Part shown: piece after piece, positions 1 through 9,921 of the stretch
How the letters are laid out: every line of letters begins with the position of its first letter
Numbering within the stretch: position 1 is the first letter of the stretch
Made by a program: the position numbers and the translations under genes
Sequence record: ON529855.1
Reading direction: 5' to 3' (one strand)
Length of the DNA stretch: 64,000 nucleotides
Notes under the pieces: generated by a model
What the model saw: the letters and a program-made list of their open reading frames with translations, nothing else
What the model was told of the DNA's origin: nothing
The model's database searches: none

Positions 1-156
1 GCCGAGATGACGCGCGACCGGCGCGCCCTGATCGACAAGATGCGCAAGCGCGCGGACGCGCTGCGCAGCCTGTTCCTGCGCGACGACGCCGACCTGATGG
101 ACCAGGCGGCGCGCGAGATGGAGTATGACCTGCTGGCCTGGGCGGCGCCGCGATGA
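1..156 (+). CDS. 3' end of hypothetical protein (truncated by window)
   Basis: Open frame 1 with phage-like codon usage ending TGA at 154-156 and overlapping the next ATG. Confidence 0.55.
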   Translation, partial: AEMTRDRRALIDKMRKRADALRSLFLRDDADLMDQAAREMEYDLLAWAAPR

Positions 157-287
157 ACGGACCGCCAGAGCCGCCGCCGATGCAGGTCGTGGAGCGCGGC
201 CTGATCGAGCCCTGGGCGATCTGGCCCCTGATGATTCTGATCAGCCTGTCGATCGCCCTGATCCTGTTCGGGCTCGTCCTGGGTTAG
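153..287 (+). CDS. small membrane peptide (44 aa)
   Basis: ATGA overlap with upstream gene; MNGPPEPPPMQVVERGLIEPWAIWPLMILISLSIALILFGLVLG has one hydrophobic helix; not in ORF track. Confidence 0.55.
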   Translation: MNGPPEPPPMQVVERGLIEPWAIWPLMILISLSIALILFGLVLG

Positions 288-475
288 GGCGGGGCCACGC
301 GATCCAGACCGGCGTCGAGGTGGGCGAGCGCGCGTTGCACCCGGTTGGACAGGGCGCGGACCGGAGCGCGCTCGCCCGACGGGGTCTGCTGCCGCAGCGC
401 GCCCAGATCATGCAGCAGGGCGTCGAGGCGCTCCGCAATGGCGTCGGCTTCGCCGATAAGGTCTTCGAGGGTCAT
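284..475 (-). CDS. hypothetical protein
   Basis: 63-aa helical ORF converging on the preceding gene. Confidence 0.5.
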   Translation of the reverse strand: MTLEDLIGEADAIAERLDALLHDLGALRQQTPSGERAPVRALSNRVQRALAHLDAGLDRVAPP

Positions 476-581
476 GGACAGGGTTCCTGGGATGGAGCCT
501 GTCCAGGCGCCGGGATGAAGACCCCTGTCCAGGGACCACGCGAGCCTCAGTCCTAGCGCGACGGGCGCGCGTCGTCAAGGA

Positions 582-605
582 TTTGGCGCGAGATCGTTGA
601 CAGAC
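582..605 (+). promoter_or_regulatory. extended -35 promoter motif TTTGGCGCGAGATCGTTGACAGAC
   Basis: Near-identical copy at 20126-20149 (-); core GAGATCGTTGACAG also at 14642-14655 (-); upstream of gene 655. Confidence 0.6.
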
Positions 606-654
606 TGCACCGACTCGGCTACGCCGGTTCCTGACGAAGACGAAAGGAGGCCGC

Positions 655-957
655 ATGTACGCCATCATCATGTCCGACGCCCGATCGATTGGTAAGAAGC
701 CGGCGCTGAAACTGGGCTGGGTGACCAAGCGCCTGCCCGACGGCAGTCTGCGCGCCAACGTCGCGCCCCTCTCCACCCTGGGCAATCCGAAATGGTCCAA
801 GACCGCGCGCTATGTGCGGGGCAACCAGGTCGCGCAGTTGTTCGGCCCGAACGTCAAGCCGACCTTGGCCGACATCAAGGCCATCCGGGACCGGATGAAG
901 CCCTACCAGCCTCGCGCCGGCGGATTCGACGAAATGGGGCACTACGGCGGCGTTTAA
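655..957 (+). CDS. hypothetical basic protein
   Basis: AAAGGAGG RBS directly upstream; 100-aa ORF. Confidence 0.8.
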   Translation: MYAIIMSDARSIGKKPALKLGWVTKRLPDGSLRANVAPLSTLGNPKWSKTARYVRGNQVAQLFGPNVKPTLADIKAIRDRMKPYQPRAGGFDEMGHYGGV

Positions 958-958
958 C

Positions 959-984
959 TTGACGCCGTGAATCCTGACAGTTAA
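959..984 (+). promoter_or_regulatory. putative promoter TTGACG-N16-TTAA
   Basis: Same architecture recurs at 14623-14648, 58702-58727 and 62405-62430. Confidence 0.55.
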
Positions 985-1038
985 TGACGCTGATAACGGC
1001 AATCACGCCGTCTTCGTCATGCGCCGTTAACCATATTT

Positions 1039-1055
1039 GTTAACCGGTGGTTAAC
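1039..1055. promoter_or_regulatory. CtrA-type binding site (TTAA-N7-TTAAC)
   Basis: GTTAACCGGTGGTTAAC, a perfect inverted repeat matching the Caulobacter CtrA consensus; extra TTAACCAT half site at 1027. Confidence 0.7.
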
Positions 1056-1087
1056 CTTAATGGTCCGGCGCCCTCCAAGGATTCACT

Positions 1088-2476
1088 ATGCCTTTCGTCT
1101 TGATCGGAGGCGCCGTCTTTGGCGTCATTCTGGTGCTCGCCCTTCTGGTCGCGCTCATGCTGCGCCGCGTCGTTCCCACCAACATGGTCCACATCGTCCA
1201 GCGCGGTAAGACGACCATCTCCTACGGCAAGGGCAAGGAAGCCGGCAACGTCTACTACGAGTGGCCCCAGTCGGTGCCGGCGCTGGGCGTGACCGTGACC
1301 CGCTTCCCCGAGAGCGTCTTCGACGTCAGCCTGGCGAACTACGAGGCCTACGACATCGGCCGCCTGCCGTTCGTGGTCGACATCGTCGCCTTCTACCGCG
1401 TCGAGAACTCCGAGACCGCCGCCCAGCGCGTCGCCTCGTTCGACGAACTCCAGCAGCAACTGAAGTCGGTCCTCCAGGGCGCGGTGCGCACCATCCTGTC
1501 GACCAACAAGCTGGAAGAGATCATGCAGGACCGGGCCAAGCTGGGCACCGAGTTCACCGCCGAGGTCAACCACCAGCTTCAGGAATGGGGCGTGACCACC
1601 GTCAAGTCCATCGAGTTCATGGACATTCGCGACAGCAGCGGTTCGAAGGTCATCGCCAATATGATGGCGAAGGAGCAGTCGCGCATCGAGAAGGAAAGCC
1701 GCATCACCGTCGCGGAAAACCTGCGCGAAGCCGAACTGAAGGAAATCGACGCCGACCGCGTCGTCGAGGTCCAGAAGCAGGACGCCCAGCAGCAACTCGG
1801 CATCCGGACCGCCGAGAAGGAACGCGCCGTCGGCATCGCCGATGAGCAGACGCGCCAGGAAGTCCTGCTGGAAAGCAAGCTGACCGCCGAGCGCCAGATG
1901 GACGTTCAGAAGATCAACGACGTGAAGACGGCCGAGATCGCCAAGGACGTCGCCATCGTCAAGGCCGAGCAGGACCGCGAGGTTCTGGTGGTTAAGTCGG
2001 AAGCCGAGAAGCGCCAGACGGTCATCGCGGCCGAGGCGCAGAAGGAGCGCACCGAAGTCGTCGCCAAGGGCGACCTGGCGGCGGCCCAGAACGAGGCCCT
2101 GGGCCTGCAAGCGATCGGTGAGGCCAAGGCCAAGGCGGAAGAGGCCATCCTGATGGCGCCGGTCACCGCCCAGATCACCCTTGCCAAGGAGATCGGCGAG
2201 AACCAGCCCTACCAGCAGTATCTGATCACGGTTGAGCAGATCAAGGCGGGCCAGGCGGTCGGCACCGAGATGGCCCAGGCCCTGAAGAGCGCCGATCTGA
2301 AGGTCATCGCCAACTCGGGCGACGTCCAGTCGGGCGTGGGCGCCCTGGGCGGCATCCTGTCGCCGGCGGGCGGCACCGCGATCGCCGGCGCCCTGTCGGC
2401 CCTGTCGCAACTGCCCGAAGGCAAGGCCCTGGTGGACCGGCTCACCGGCGCGGACAAGGCGGCGACCTCCGCCTGA
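1088..2476 (+). CDS. SPFH/band 7 (flotillin-like) membrane protein
   Basis: N-terminal TM helix, SPFH domain (VDIVAFYRV...VRTILS...WGVTTVKSIEFMDI), AEA-rich coiled coil. Confidence 0.9.
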   Translation: MPFVLIGGAVFGVILVLALLVALMLRRVVPTNMVHIVQRGKTTISYGKGKEAGNVYYEWPQSVPALGVTVTRFPESVFDVSLANYEAYDIGRLPFVVDIVAFYRVENSETAAQRVASFDELQQQLKSVLQGAVRTILSTNKLEEIMQDRAKLGTEFTAEVNHQLQEWGVTTVKSIEFMDIRDSSGSKVIANMMAKEQSRIEKESRITVAENLREAELKEIDADRVVEVQKQDAQQQLGIRTAEKERAVGIADEQTRQEVLLESKLTAERQMDVQKINDVKTAEIAKDVAIVKAEQDREVLVVKSEAEKRQTVIAAEAQKERTEVVAKGDLAAAQNEALGLQAIGEAKAKAEEAILMAPVTAQITLAKEIGENQPYQQYLITVEQIKAGQAVGTEMAQALKSADLKVIANSGDVQSGVGALGGILSPAGGTAIAGALSALSQLPEGKALVDRLTGADKAATSA

Positions 2477-2498
2477 CGCCTCGGCTTGAGCACGACGG

Positions 2499-2530
2499 AA
2501 ACGGCCGGTCAAATGACCGGCCGTTTTTGT
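2499..2530 (+). terminator. intrinsic terminator
   Basis: AAACGGCCGGTCA-AA-TGACCGGCCGTTTTT hairpin with T-run. Confidence 0.8.
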
Positions 2531-2565
2531 GTGTGAGGGTTGACAGACAGCATTCCTGACAGGTA

Positions 2566-2988
2566 GTGACAATCGCGATGACATTCGTTGCTGACCCTCT
2601 TGAACCGGCGATCAACTCCGTGACCAACGGCCAGATTCTGTGCGAGACCCTGCCGCCGTGCTTCCGGCTGACGTGGCTGGATCATTCGTTCCACGACGCG
2701 CCTAAAGGCGCTGAGGCCGCACCCTACCACCGGGCGCGCGACTTCAAGCATCTTGGCGGCGCGATCGCCTGGGCGCGCCGGAGGATTTTCCACGGAGAAG
2801 CGTTCGGCGACGTGATCGAACTGGTCCGTGTGGACCGACGCCGCCTGAACGGCGTCTACGCCGAGGAGCCTTACGAGGCGCGCGACATCACCCTGGCGGG
2901 CTTCCTGCCCTGGGATCGGAAAAACTGGAGCGGAAGCACCACCGAGGTGGTCCTTTCGCGCCCCCACAAGAGGTGTAACTGGGAATGA
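2566..2988 (+). CDS. hypothetical protein
   Basis: 140-aa ORF after TTGACA promoter-like site; ATGA-coupled to next gene. Confidence 0.7.
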   Translation: MTIAMTFVADPLEPAINSVTNGQILCETLPPCFRLTWLDHSFHDAPKGAEAAPYHRARDFKHLGGAIAWARRRIFHGEAFGDVIELVRVDRRRLNGVYAEEPYEARDITLAGFLPWDRKNWSGSTTEVVLSRPHKRCNWE

Positions 2989-4097
2989 CCCTACGAGGCC
3001 TGAAGAAGAAACCCGACGTGATGGTCTTCATCGGTCGTTTCCAGCCGCTCCATAACGGGCACCTGGACGTGATCGCCCAAGCCCTCTCGGCCGCCGAACG
3101 GCTGATCATCCTGGTGGGCTCGGCCAACCTGGCCCGCGACACCCGCAATCCCTTCACCTACGAAGAGCGCGCTGCCCTGATCCGCACCGCGATCGAGCAG
3201 AAGTTCGGCGCCGAGACCGCCGACCGCGTGGTGGTCTGTCCTGTGCCGGACAGCCCCTACGAACTTCAGGAATGGATCGAGACCGTCCAGATGACGGTCA
3301 AGATGAACACCGTGCCGTTCGTGCGTCCGACGATCAACCTGACCGGACACGATCGCGACGAGACCTCCTTCTATCTGAAGCTGTTCCCGCAGTGGCCCTA
3401 CGCCGGAGCCGAAGGCGCCACCGACCTCAACGCCTCGGCCCTGCGCGCCGACTACTTCAACGGCGGCGTCGACCTCTTCAAGAACGCCTGGCGCGACAGC
3501 GGTCCGGTCTGGCCGGCGGTGGCGCCGCCGGCGACCCTCGCCTTCCTTCAGGCCTTCCGCGATCGCCCCGAATATGCGCGACTGATGCGCGAACTCAAGG
3601 CCGAGCGCGCCTACAAGGCCAAGTACGGTCCAGGCCCTCACGTCACCCTCGACGCGGTGGTGATCCAATCGGGCCACGTCCTGGTCGGACGCCGCAAGGG
3701 TGAATACGGTCACGGCATGCTGGCCCTGCCGGGCGGCTTCTTGGAGGTCAAGCGCAACGAAACCCTGCTGGAGGGGGCCGAACGCGAGTGCTTCGAGGAG
3801 ACCGGGCTGTTCAATCACTTCGGCCCTGACAATCTGATCACCGACGAACGCCGGCGCATGCTGCACACCCACCTGCGAGGGACCGACGTCTTCGGGGACC
3901 CGAACCGTTCGCGGCGCGGACGCCTGATCACCCACGCCCACCTGTTCAAGCTGCCGGACGACTACACCCTGCCGCCGGTCGAGCCTTGGGACGATCTGGA
4001 GGACGTGCACTGGATGCCGATCTCGGACGTCCGCGCCGACGAGTTCTTCGAGGACCACGCCTTCATCATCGAGAAGATGATCCGGCAGTTCCTGTAA
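2985..4097 (+). CDS. nadM: bifunctional NMN adenylyltransferase / Nudix ADP-ribose pyrophosphatase (NadM-Nudix)
   Basis: GRFQPLHNGH nucleotidyltransferase motif, SAN..NPF, Nudix box GGFLEV..ETLLEGAERECFEETG. Confidence 0.93.
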   Translation: MTLRGLKKKPDVMVFIGRFQPLHNGHLDVIAQALSAAERLIILVGSANLARDTRNPFTYEERAALIRTAIEQKFGAETADRVVVCPVPDSPYELQEWIETVQMTVKMNTVPFVRPTINLTGHDRDETSFYLKLFPQWPYAGAEGATDLNASALRADYFNGGVDLFKNAWRDSGPVWPAVAPPATLAFLQAFRDRPEYARLMRELKAERAYKAKYGPGPHVTLDAVVIQSGHVLVGRRKGEYGHGMLALPGGFLEVKRNETLLEGAERECFEETGLFNHFGPDNLITDERRRMLHTHLRGTDVFGDPNRSRRGRLITHAHLFKLPDDYTLPPVEPWDDLEDVHWMPISDVRADEFFEDHAFIIEKMIRQFL

Positions 4098-4131
4098 AAC
4101 CCAACCACATTCACACGAGGGGGAAATCTCC

Positions 4132-5559
4132 ATGGTCATTCGCGACACTGACGATCTGCCGAACTATCTGGCGCCGCTGCCTTACAACCTGATCGCCGAC
4201 ACCGACAGCTACAAGCTGGGTCACTGGACGCTCTATCGGAAGGGCACGACCACCGTCTACAGCTACATCGAGCCGCGCGGCGGGCGTTACCCGGTGGTGA
4301 TGTTCGCCGGACTTCAGAAGCTGCTCTACGAGAAGCTGGGCCAGCCGATCACCCGCGACCAGGTCGAGGAGATGGCGAAGTTCGTGCCCGCGCACGGCTT
4401 CGAGTTCAATCGCGAGGGCTGGGAGATCATCCTGAACGAATACGGCGGCAAGCTGCCGCTGCTGATCAAGGCCGTGCCCGAGGGCCTGGTCCTGCCGGTT
4501 CGCAACGCCCTGTTCACCATCGAAAACCTCGATCCGCGCCTGCCCTGGCTGACCTCCTACCTGGAGACGATGATCCTGCGCGACCTGTGGACGTCGTGCA
4601 CCATCGCCACGCGCATCTTCCTGATGACGCAGCGCATCAAGGGCCATTGGGAGCAGCACTCGGACAATCCCATGAGCCCCTTCGCCCTGCTCGACTTCTC
4701 GTCGCGCGGCACCATGGGCTATGACCACTCGGTCATGGGCGGCATCGCCTACCTGTTCCACTTCATGGGCTCGGACAACGTGCCGGCCGTGCGTGAAGCC
4801 AACTACTACTACTTCGAGGAAATGTCGGCCTATTCGGTGCTGGCCGCCGAGCACTCGATCTCCTGCTCCTTCGGCCGCGACAACGACGACGACTACATCC
4901 GCAACTCGCTGGAGGTCGCCAAGCCGAACTCGCCGCTGTCGCTGGTCGGCGACACCTGGAACATCTTCAAGTTCGCCGAGAAGGTGGTCGCCAACCACAA
5001 GGACCTGATCATCAACAAGGGGATCAAGTTCGTCGCCCGTCCGGATTCCGGCGAGATCGCCGACGTCCTGCCGCCGGTCTTCACCACCCTGGCGAAGGGC
5101 TTCGGCACCGACCGCAACTCCAAGGGCAAGGACGTCATTCGCTACGGCGCCGCCGTCCTGCAAGGCGACGGCATGAACGAGCACTCGCACATGGTGCCCT
5201 TCCAGGTCGCCGACGCCCTCGGCTTGGCCCCGGACAGCGTGATCACGGCGGCCGGCGGCGGCCTGATGACCGCCGACCTCGACCGCGACACCATGAAGTG
5301 GGCGATGAAGGCCTCCGAGATGGTGATCGACGGCGAGCGCGTCGACATCTTCAAGGACCCGATCACCGATCCGGGCAAGCAGTCCAAGCGCGGCCGCTTC
5401 GCCCTGGTGCGCAATGAAGACGGCGAGTTCGCCACCATCAATCGCATCAACGACGCCGAGGACCGCGCCGACCTGCTGGAGCCGCGCTTCCACAAGGGCG
5501 ACGTGATCAACGCCACCACCCTGGCCCAGGTGCGCGAACGCGTCTCGGCCCAACTCTAA
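4132..5559 (+). CDS. nadV: nicotinamide phosphoribosyltransferase (NAMPT)
   Basis: DTDSYKLGH, DFSSRG, AAEHS, RPDSG, QGDG, FKDPITDPGKQSKRG motifs. Confidence 0.95.
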   Translation: MVIRDTDDLPNYLAPLPYNLIADTDSYKLGHWTLYRKGTTTVYSYIEPRGGRYPVVMFAGLQKLLYEKLGQPITRDQVEEMAKFVPAHGFEFNREGWEIILNEYGGKLPLLIKAVPEGLVLPVRNALFTIENLDPRLPWLTSYLETMILRDLWTSCTIATRIFLMTQRIKGHWEQHSDNPMSPFALLDFSSRGTMGYDHSVMGGIAYLFHFMGSDNVPAVREANYYYFEEMSAYSVLAAEHSISCSFGRDNDDDYIRNSLEVAKPNSPLSLVGDTWNIFKFAEKVVANHKDLIINKGIKFVARPDSGEIADVLPPVFTTLAKGFGTDRNSKGKDVIRYGAAVLQGDGMNEHSHMVPFQVADALGLAPDSVITAAGGGLMTADLDRDTMKWAMKASEMVIDGERVDIFKDPITDPGKQSKRGRFALVRNEDGEFATINRINDAEDRADLLEPRFHKGDVINATTLAQVRERVSAQL

Positions 5560-5571
5560 GGACCCCCTCCC

Positions 5572-5937
5572 TTGACCCAGATGATCCTCGAAGGCTCGGC
5601 CTCCACCCATCAGACCCCGCTGGCGCCCAACCGCGCCGTCTGGGTCGTGGACGCCGAGGCCAAGACCGCCACCGCCGAACTCCTCGGCGGTCAGGCGGTC
5701 ATCACCCGCCGCGCCAAGGACAACACCCTGCGCGGCGTCTTCACCCTGCCGGTGGCGCTGGGCGGTCTGGAGCAGTCCTTCTCCCTGGCGGACTGCGCCA
5801 CCGTCTATCTGGCGCAGCAGCGCGCCGAGACGCTGATCCGCGAGACGATGAACAAGACCCATCCGGTCATGTACGCCGACCTCGCCAAGGCCGAGATCGA
5901 AAAGGCCAACGCCGAAGCCGGTCCGGACCCGTTCTGA
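5572..5937 (+). CDS. hypothetical protein
   Basis: TTG-start ORF in tightly packed operon. Confidence 0.65.
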   Translation: MTQMILEGSASTHQTPLAPNRAVWVVDAEAKTATAELLGGQAVITRRAKDNTLRGVFTLPVALGGLEQSFSLADCATVYLAQQRAETLIRETMNKTHPVMYADLAKAEIEKANAEAGPDPF

Positions 5938-6236
5938 TGGCGAACCTGGACGCCGAGGTCGCACGCCTGCCGCCTCGGCTCCAGGCGGCGCACGCCCAGG
6001 GTTACATGGTGACCGATGACCTGGAAGGATTCCCGATCGACAACGCGATGCGCTTCCGGGTCCAGGTCTTCTCCCCGCGTTACGGCTGGGTCAACGCCTG
6101 GAGCACGAAGGGCGAGTTGCACGCCGATACGCCCGACCGCCTGATCAGCATCTGCAACACCCTGGCCGCCCACGGCGACCGGGTCCGAATCATCGAACTT
6201 GTTCCCTCTCTTTACAGGACTTTCGAGCCAGAATGA
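5937..6236 (+). CDS. hypothetical protein
   Basis: TGATG coupling to upstream gene. Confidence 0.7.
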   Translation: MANLDAEVARLPPRLQAAHAQGYMVTDDLEGFPIDNAMRFRVQVFSPRYGWVNAWSTKGELHADTPDRLISICNTLAAHGDRVRIIELVPSLYRTFEPE

Positions 6237-6523
6237 CCCGTTTTACCGCCCGGATCGACGCCGAGTTCGACGTCGAGATTGATGAGAGCAAGGTCACGGC
6301 CGAGGTGCTGGAAGAGTTCAGCGCCTACATCACCTATGTCGGCAACGTCGAGGACCTGGTCGAGTACCTGGCGAACCTCTACGCGCGCGGCGTCATCGAC
6401 GGCTCCGACCGGATGATCGAGGGCCTGGGTCTTCCGTCCGCCTTCGGCCTGAAGTTCATCGGGGCGCACGGCGCCACGGATTTCGGCATGGTCAACGTCA
6501 ATGTCGACATCGAGCGGGCCTGA
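6233..6523 (+). CDS. hypothetical acidic protein
   Basis: ATGA coupling; phage codon usage. Confidence 0.7.
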   Translation: MTRFTARIDAEFDVEIDESKVTAEVLEEFSAYITYVGNVEDLVEYLANLYARGVIDGSDRMIEGLGLPSAFGLKFIGAHGATDFGMVNVNVDIERA

Positions 6524-6524
6524 C

Positions 6525-6719
6525 GTGGTCTCGATCCGCGAACGCTACGCCCGCATCACCAAGCGCGGCAAGGCCGACATCGCCGCCTGGAAGGCGTCGC
6601 TGGAGAAGGCGGTCGCCATGGGCGTGGACGGCGCGGCGGAAGAACTGCGTCTGCTGAACCACTACGAAGCCCGCGCCCGACGCGACTATCGCGCGGCGCC
6701 CAAGCGCAAGGCCGCCTGA
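6525..6719 (+). CDS. hypothetical protein
   Basis: GTG start just after upstream stop (ORF-track start 6501 is probably too early). Confidence 0.6.
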   Translation: MVSIRERYARITKRGKADIAAWKASLEKAVAMGVDGAAEELRLLNHYEARARRDYRAAPKRKAA

Positions 6720-7192
6720 TGTTCCAGCCCATCTACACCGACGAAGCCCAGATCGCCCACTACCCCGAGGACGTGCAGACGCTCATTCGCGGAATCCAGG
6801 CCAAGCTGGATGAGCGTTGGCGCTTCATCATGGAGCAGTATTCTCACAGCGAGACGCTCGACAGCGGGGCGGTGGTCCATCTGTCCAAAGACGGCGCCTA
6901 TATGCAGGAACAGGTCGGCTACTTCTTCAACCTGTCCTACGCCGCCTGGCTCTGCCTGCCGCGCCTGGCGCTTCAGGAGATGCCGCTGGACTGGCAGGCG
7001 CGCTTCGTCGCCCTGATGGAAGAGGGTTATGAGCGCGGACTGACGGGACCGAGCAATGTGTCGGTGGTGCGTAAGAAGGGCGGCAAGTTCGTCAACAACG
7101 ATCACTGGAACAACTATCGACGCGGCACGGTGCGTCACGCCAAGGCCCGCGACGCCGAACTCGGTATTGAGGATTGGACCGACGATGTCTGA
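6719..7192 (+). CDS. hypothetical protein
   Basis: TGATG coupling; 157 aa. Confidence 0.75.
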   Translation: MFQPIYTDEAQIAHYPEDVQTLIRGIQAKLDERWRFIMEQYSHSETLDSGAVVHLSKDGAYMQEQVGYFFNLSYAAWLCLPRLALQEMPLDWQARFVALMEEGYERGLTGPSNVSVVRKKGGKFVNNDHWNNYRRGTVRHAKARDAELGIEDWTDDV

Positions 7193-7613
7193 CCGCGACG
7201 CCGAAACAGCCGCCATCGCCATGCTGTCGCATCAAGGCTACGGCTATTACACCGATCCGATGGAGGGCGGGCAGGACGCCTATGATCTCTCCATGCAGAT
7301 GCTGGACCTGGCGGAGGCGGCGGTCAACGCCCTGCGCCGCACTGGAAGACTGGCCTTGAACAACGACGCACCCGCCAATCAATTGCTGTCGGACGAACGC
7401 AGCGACAACGCGCCGCCGGCGATCCGCGCCCTGTTCCGGGAGTACGATCAGGGGTGGGTCTTCAGCGCCCTGTCAGCGGCCGGCATCAACGGCAACCCGG
7501 CGCTCTACACCGAGCGCCAGTTGACCCAAGGCGTGGCTCTCGCCACGGCGCTTCTGGAGGCCCAGCGCCGCCGCGACACCGAGGCTCTTTTTCGGACCCC
7601 GCCTGGCGGTTGA
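7185..7613 (+). CDS. hypothetical protein
   Basis: Start MSDRDAE overlaps upstream stop. Confidence 0.65.
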   Translation: MSDRDAETAAIAMLSHQGYGYYTDPMEGGQDAYDLSMQMLDLAEAAVNALRRTGRLALNNDAPANQLLSDERSDNAPPAIRALFREYDQGWVFSALSAAGINGNPALYTERQLTQGVALATALLEAQRRRDTEALFRTPPGG

Positions 7614-7651
7614 GCGTTGACGGACAAGATTGCTGGTAGTAAGTGTCAGGC

Positions 7652-8176
7652 ATGACGGCAATCACCTCACACGCGATCCTCTCCGAGGAAAATCCGCCCC
7701 TCTACCGCTACTGGCTGGAGCGGGTCTGGGATGAGGCTCTGCCGGTCATGGTCTGGGTGATGCTGAACCCGTCGACGGCCGACCACACCGTCAACGACCC
7801 CACCATCCTGGCCTGTATGGACTTCGCGCGCCGGAACGGCTGCGGATCGATCGCGGTGGTCAATCTCTACGGCTTCCGCTCGCCGCACCCCAAGGTGATG
7901 AAGGCGGCGAAGGACCCGGTCGGCGACCTGACCTACGACTACCTGCAACGGGCGATGCGGATGGTGAGGGATCGTCCGGGCTCGTTGGCGATCTGCGGCT
8001 GGGGCAACGGCGACTTCAACTACATGGCGCTGGGGCTGCGCCGGCATGCCCAGGACGCCGGCGTGACGCTGCATTGCTTCGGCGTCACCAAGGACGGTTC
8101 GCCCAAGCACCCGCTGGCGCGAGGGCTCCACCGCATCCCGCGCGACACCTCGCCCCTGCCCTACGCGATCGTCTGA
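7652..8176 (+). CDS. DUF1643 family protein
   Basis: YRYWLERVWD, WVMLNPSTAD...DPT, VVNLYGFRS, GSPKHPL motifs typical of DUF1643. Confidence 0.85.
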   Translation: MTAITSHAILSEENPPLYRYWLERVWDEALPVMVWVMLNPSTADHTVNDPTILACMDFARRNGCGSIAVVNLYGFRSPHPKVMKAAKDPVGDLTYDYLQRAMRMVRDRPGSLAICGWGNGDFNYMALGLRRHAQDAGVTLHCFGVTKDGSPKHPLARGLHRIPRDTSPLPYAIV

Positions 8177-8985
8177 TGAGCAAGCCGCCGTCGACGCTTC
8201 AGAACCTGTGTCTGGACATACCGCAGTCACCGTCTCCCGCGCCCTACATCATCAGCGTCGATCCGGCGTCAAAGGACTCCAAGTCCTGTGGCATGGCGAT
8301 CCTGCCGCGCAATCGGGTGCCCGCGCCGCCGACTTCGCCTCTGGTCGTGTCCGCGACGCAGCAAACGATCGACTGGAAGTCGGTTTCCGTTGGCGTCGAC
8401 TGGGCGGATGCGGCGGCCGCCATGGCGAAGTACCGTGATGCGATCGCCTCCATTTCTCAGGCTCAAATGAACTCCTACTTCCAGACGAACATTCTCGGCG
8501 CCCATTCCCCCTTCAGAGACCTCAACGAGTCGCGGTTTGCGCCGACGCGGGCGGAAGACCTGGGCTGCGTCACCGCCATGATTCAGGCCGTGCGGGACCA
8601 TTTCGGCTCCGACGACGGCCTGAGCATGGACTACCGCGTGGAGTGCTGGCAGGACGAGAACCCCTACTACCTCAATGCCTGGCTTTTCGGCCCGCGCGGT
8701 GAATTCACCGGATACGCGCGCGTCGACGCGCTCAAGGACGAGTTCAAGCATCACGCGCGCACCGCCCGACGCGGCGACGTCGTGACGGCGAAGCTGAGAG
8801 GCGTTCCGATCCCGGTGACTTTCCGGGTCACGATGCTGGCGGGCCTCGATGACGCCATGCGGGGCAGCCGCCTTTACGGCCGGCGCGACGAACCCCAGGC
8901 CTATTACCAGTTCGCCTCCTACGAAGACTACGCCGCCTGGGAATCCCTGGCGGCCTACGACCGGACCAGCCTCCATGACCTCTAA
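8176..8985 (+). CDS. hypothetical protein
   Basis: TGATG coupling; 269 aa. Confidence 0.65.
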   Translation: MSKPPSTLQNLCLDIPQSPSPAPYIISVDPASKDSKSCGMAILPRNRVPAPPTSPLVVSATQQTIDWKSVSVGVDWADAAAAMAKYRDAIASISQAQMNSYFQTNILGAHSPFRDLNESRFAPTRAEDLGCVTAMIQAVRDHFGSDDGLSMDYRVECWQDENPYYLNAWLFGPRGEFTGYARVDALKDEFKHHARTARRGDVVTAKLRGVPIPVTFRVTMLAGLDDAMRGSRLYGRRDEPQAYYQFASYEDYAAWESLAAYDRTSLHDL

Positions 8986-9508
8986 ACCCGATCGCGCCCT
9001 GGTGCTGGAATTCTCCTCGGCCTTGCAGTTTCTCAAGCCGGATGAGGAGGCGTTCACCCTGTGGCTCAACACCATGGCGGGCGGCGACTACGCCTTCGGC
9101 TACGGCCTGCTGCGCACCTATGAAGACGAGTACGACCCGTGCGGCATTCTGGTGGCGATCAACGGGGGAGACTGGCGGTGGGACGCGCAGGACGAATCCT
9201 GGGCCTACGCGGACTCCGCCACCACCCTGAATCCCATGACTGTGGCGAAATGGCTCGGGATGGCGCGGGACTGGCATTGGCTGAACATCTTCCTGGACTC
9301 CCTCACGCGCCTGAGCGACGAGAGCACCGCCTTTGCACCGATCGTCGCCGTGTTGCGCGAGGCGCTGTCGACGATGCAGACCACGCGTGAGCGCTTCCAT
9401 GACGGCGTACACCTGGCGCACACCTCGGGACGAATGCTTGGACCCGACTCGGACCTGCGGACCAAGAACCTCTTGCGCCGCGACCTCAAGCCCTTCTACG
9501 CCCGATGA
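8975..9508 (+). CDS. hypothetical protein
   Basis: Start MTSKPDR overlaps upstream gene end. Confidence 0.7.
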   Translation: MTSKPDRALVLEFSSALQFLKPDEEAFTLWLNTMAGGDYAFGYGLLRTYEDEYDPCGILVAINGGDWRWDAQDESWAYADSATTLNPMTVAKWLGMARDWHWLNIFLDSLTRLSDESTAFAPIVAVLREALSTMQTTRERFHDGVHLAHTSGRMLGPDSDLRTKNLLRRDLKPFYAR

Positions 9509-9921
9509 GCGCGATCGCCAATATCATCGTCTGCGGCGGCCGGGTCGGGCGCAACCTGACCCAGCAGCGGGTCTGGAAGGTCATGGATACGCTGGCGCCC
9601 AACTGGCCGCGCCCGTTCCGCATCGTCCAGGGCCAGGCGCAGTTCGCCGACAAGTGGAGCGGGCAGTGGGCGCTGAACCGGGGTCACCCGATGCAGCCGG
9701 TTCCGATCGACCCGCGCTTCGATGGCGACGACCTGGACGCGCCCTATCAGCGCAACCAGCGGATGGCGGATCACTTCCCGCCTTACGCCTGCGTCGGCTT
9801 CCCCGGCGGCAACGGCACCCTGAACATGATGACCATCTGCCACGATCTCGGCGTGCCCGTCGCCGACGTCGAACTCAACCATGACGGGACGTTTGCAATC
9901 CATTGGTGGCCTCAGAAATGA
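9505..9921 (+). CDS. SLOG-family (DUF2493/YspA-like) protein
   Basis: IIVCGGR, IVQGQAQFAD (HG.A.GAD-like), RNQRM, FPGGNGT motifs. Confidence 0.8.
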   Translation: MSAIANIIVCGGRVGRNLTQQRVWKVMDTLAPNWPRPFRIVQGQAQFADKWSGQWALNRGHPMQPVPIDPRFDGDDLDAPYQRNQRMADHFPPYACVGFPGGNGTLNMMTICHDLGVPVADVELNHDGTFAIHWWPQK

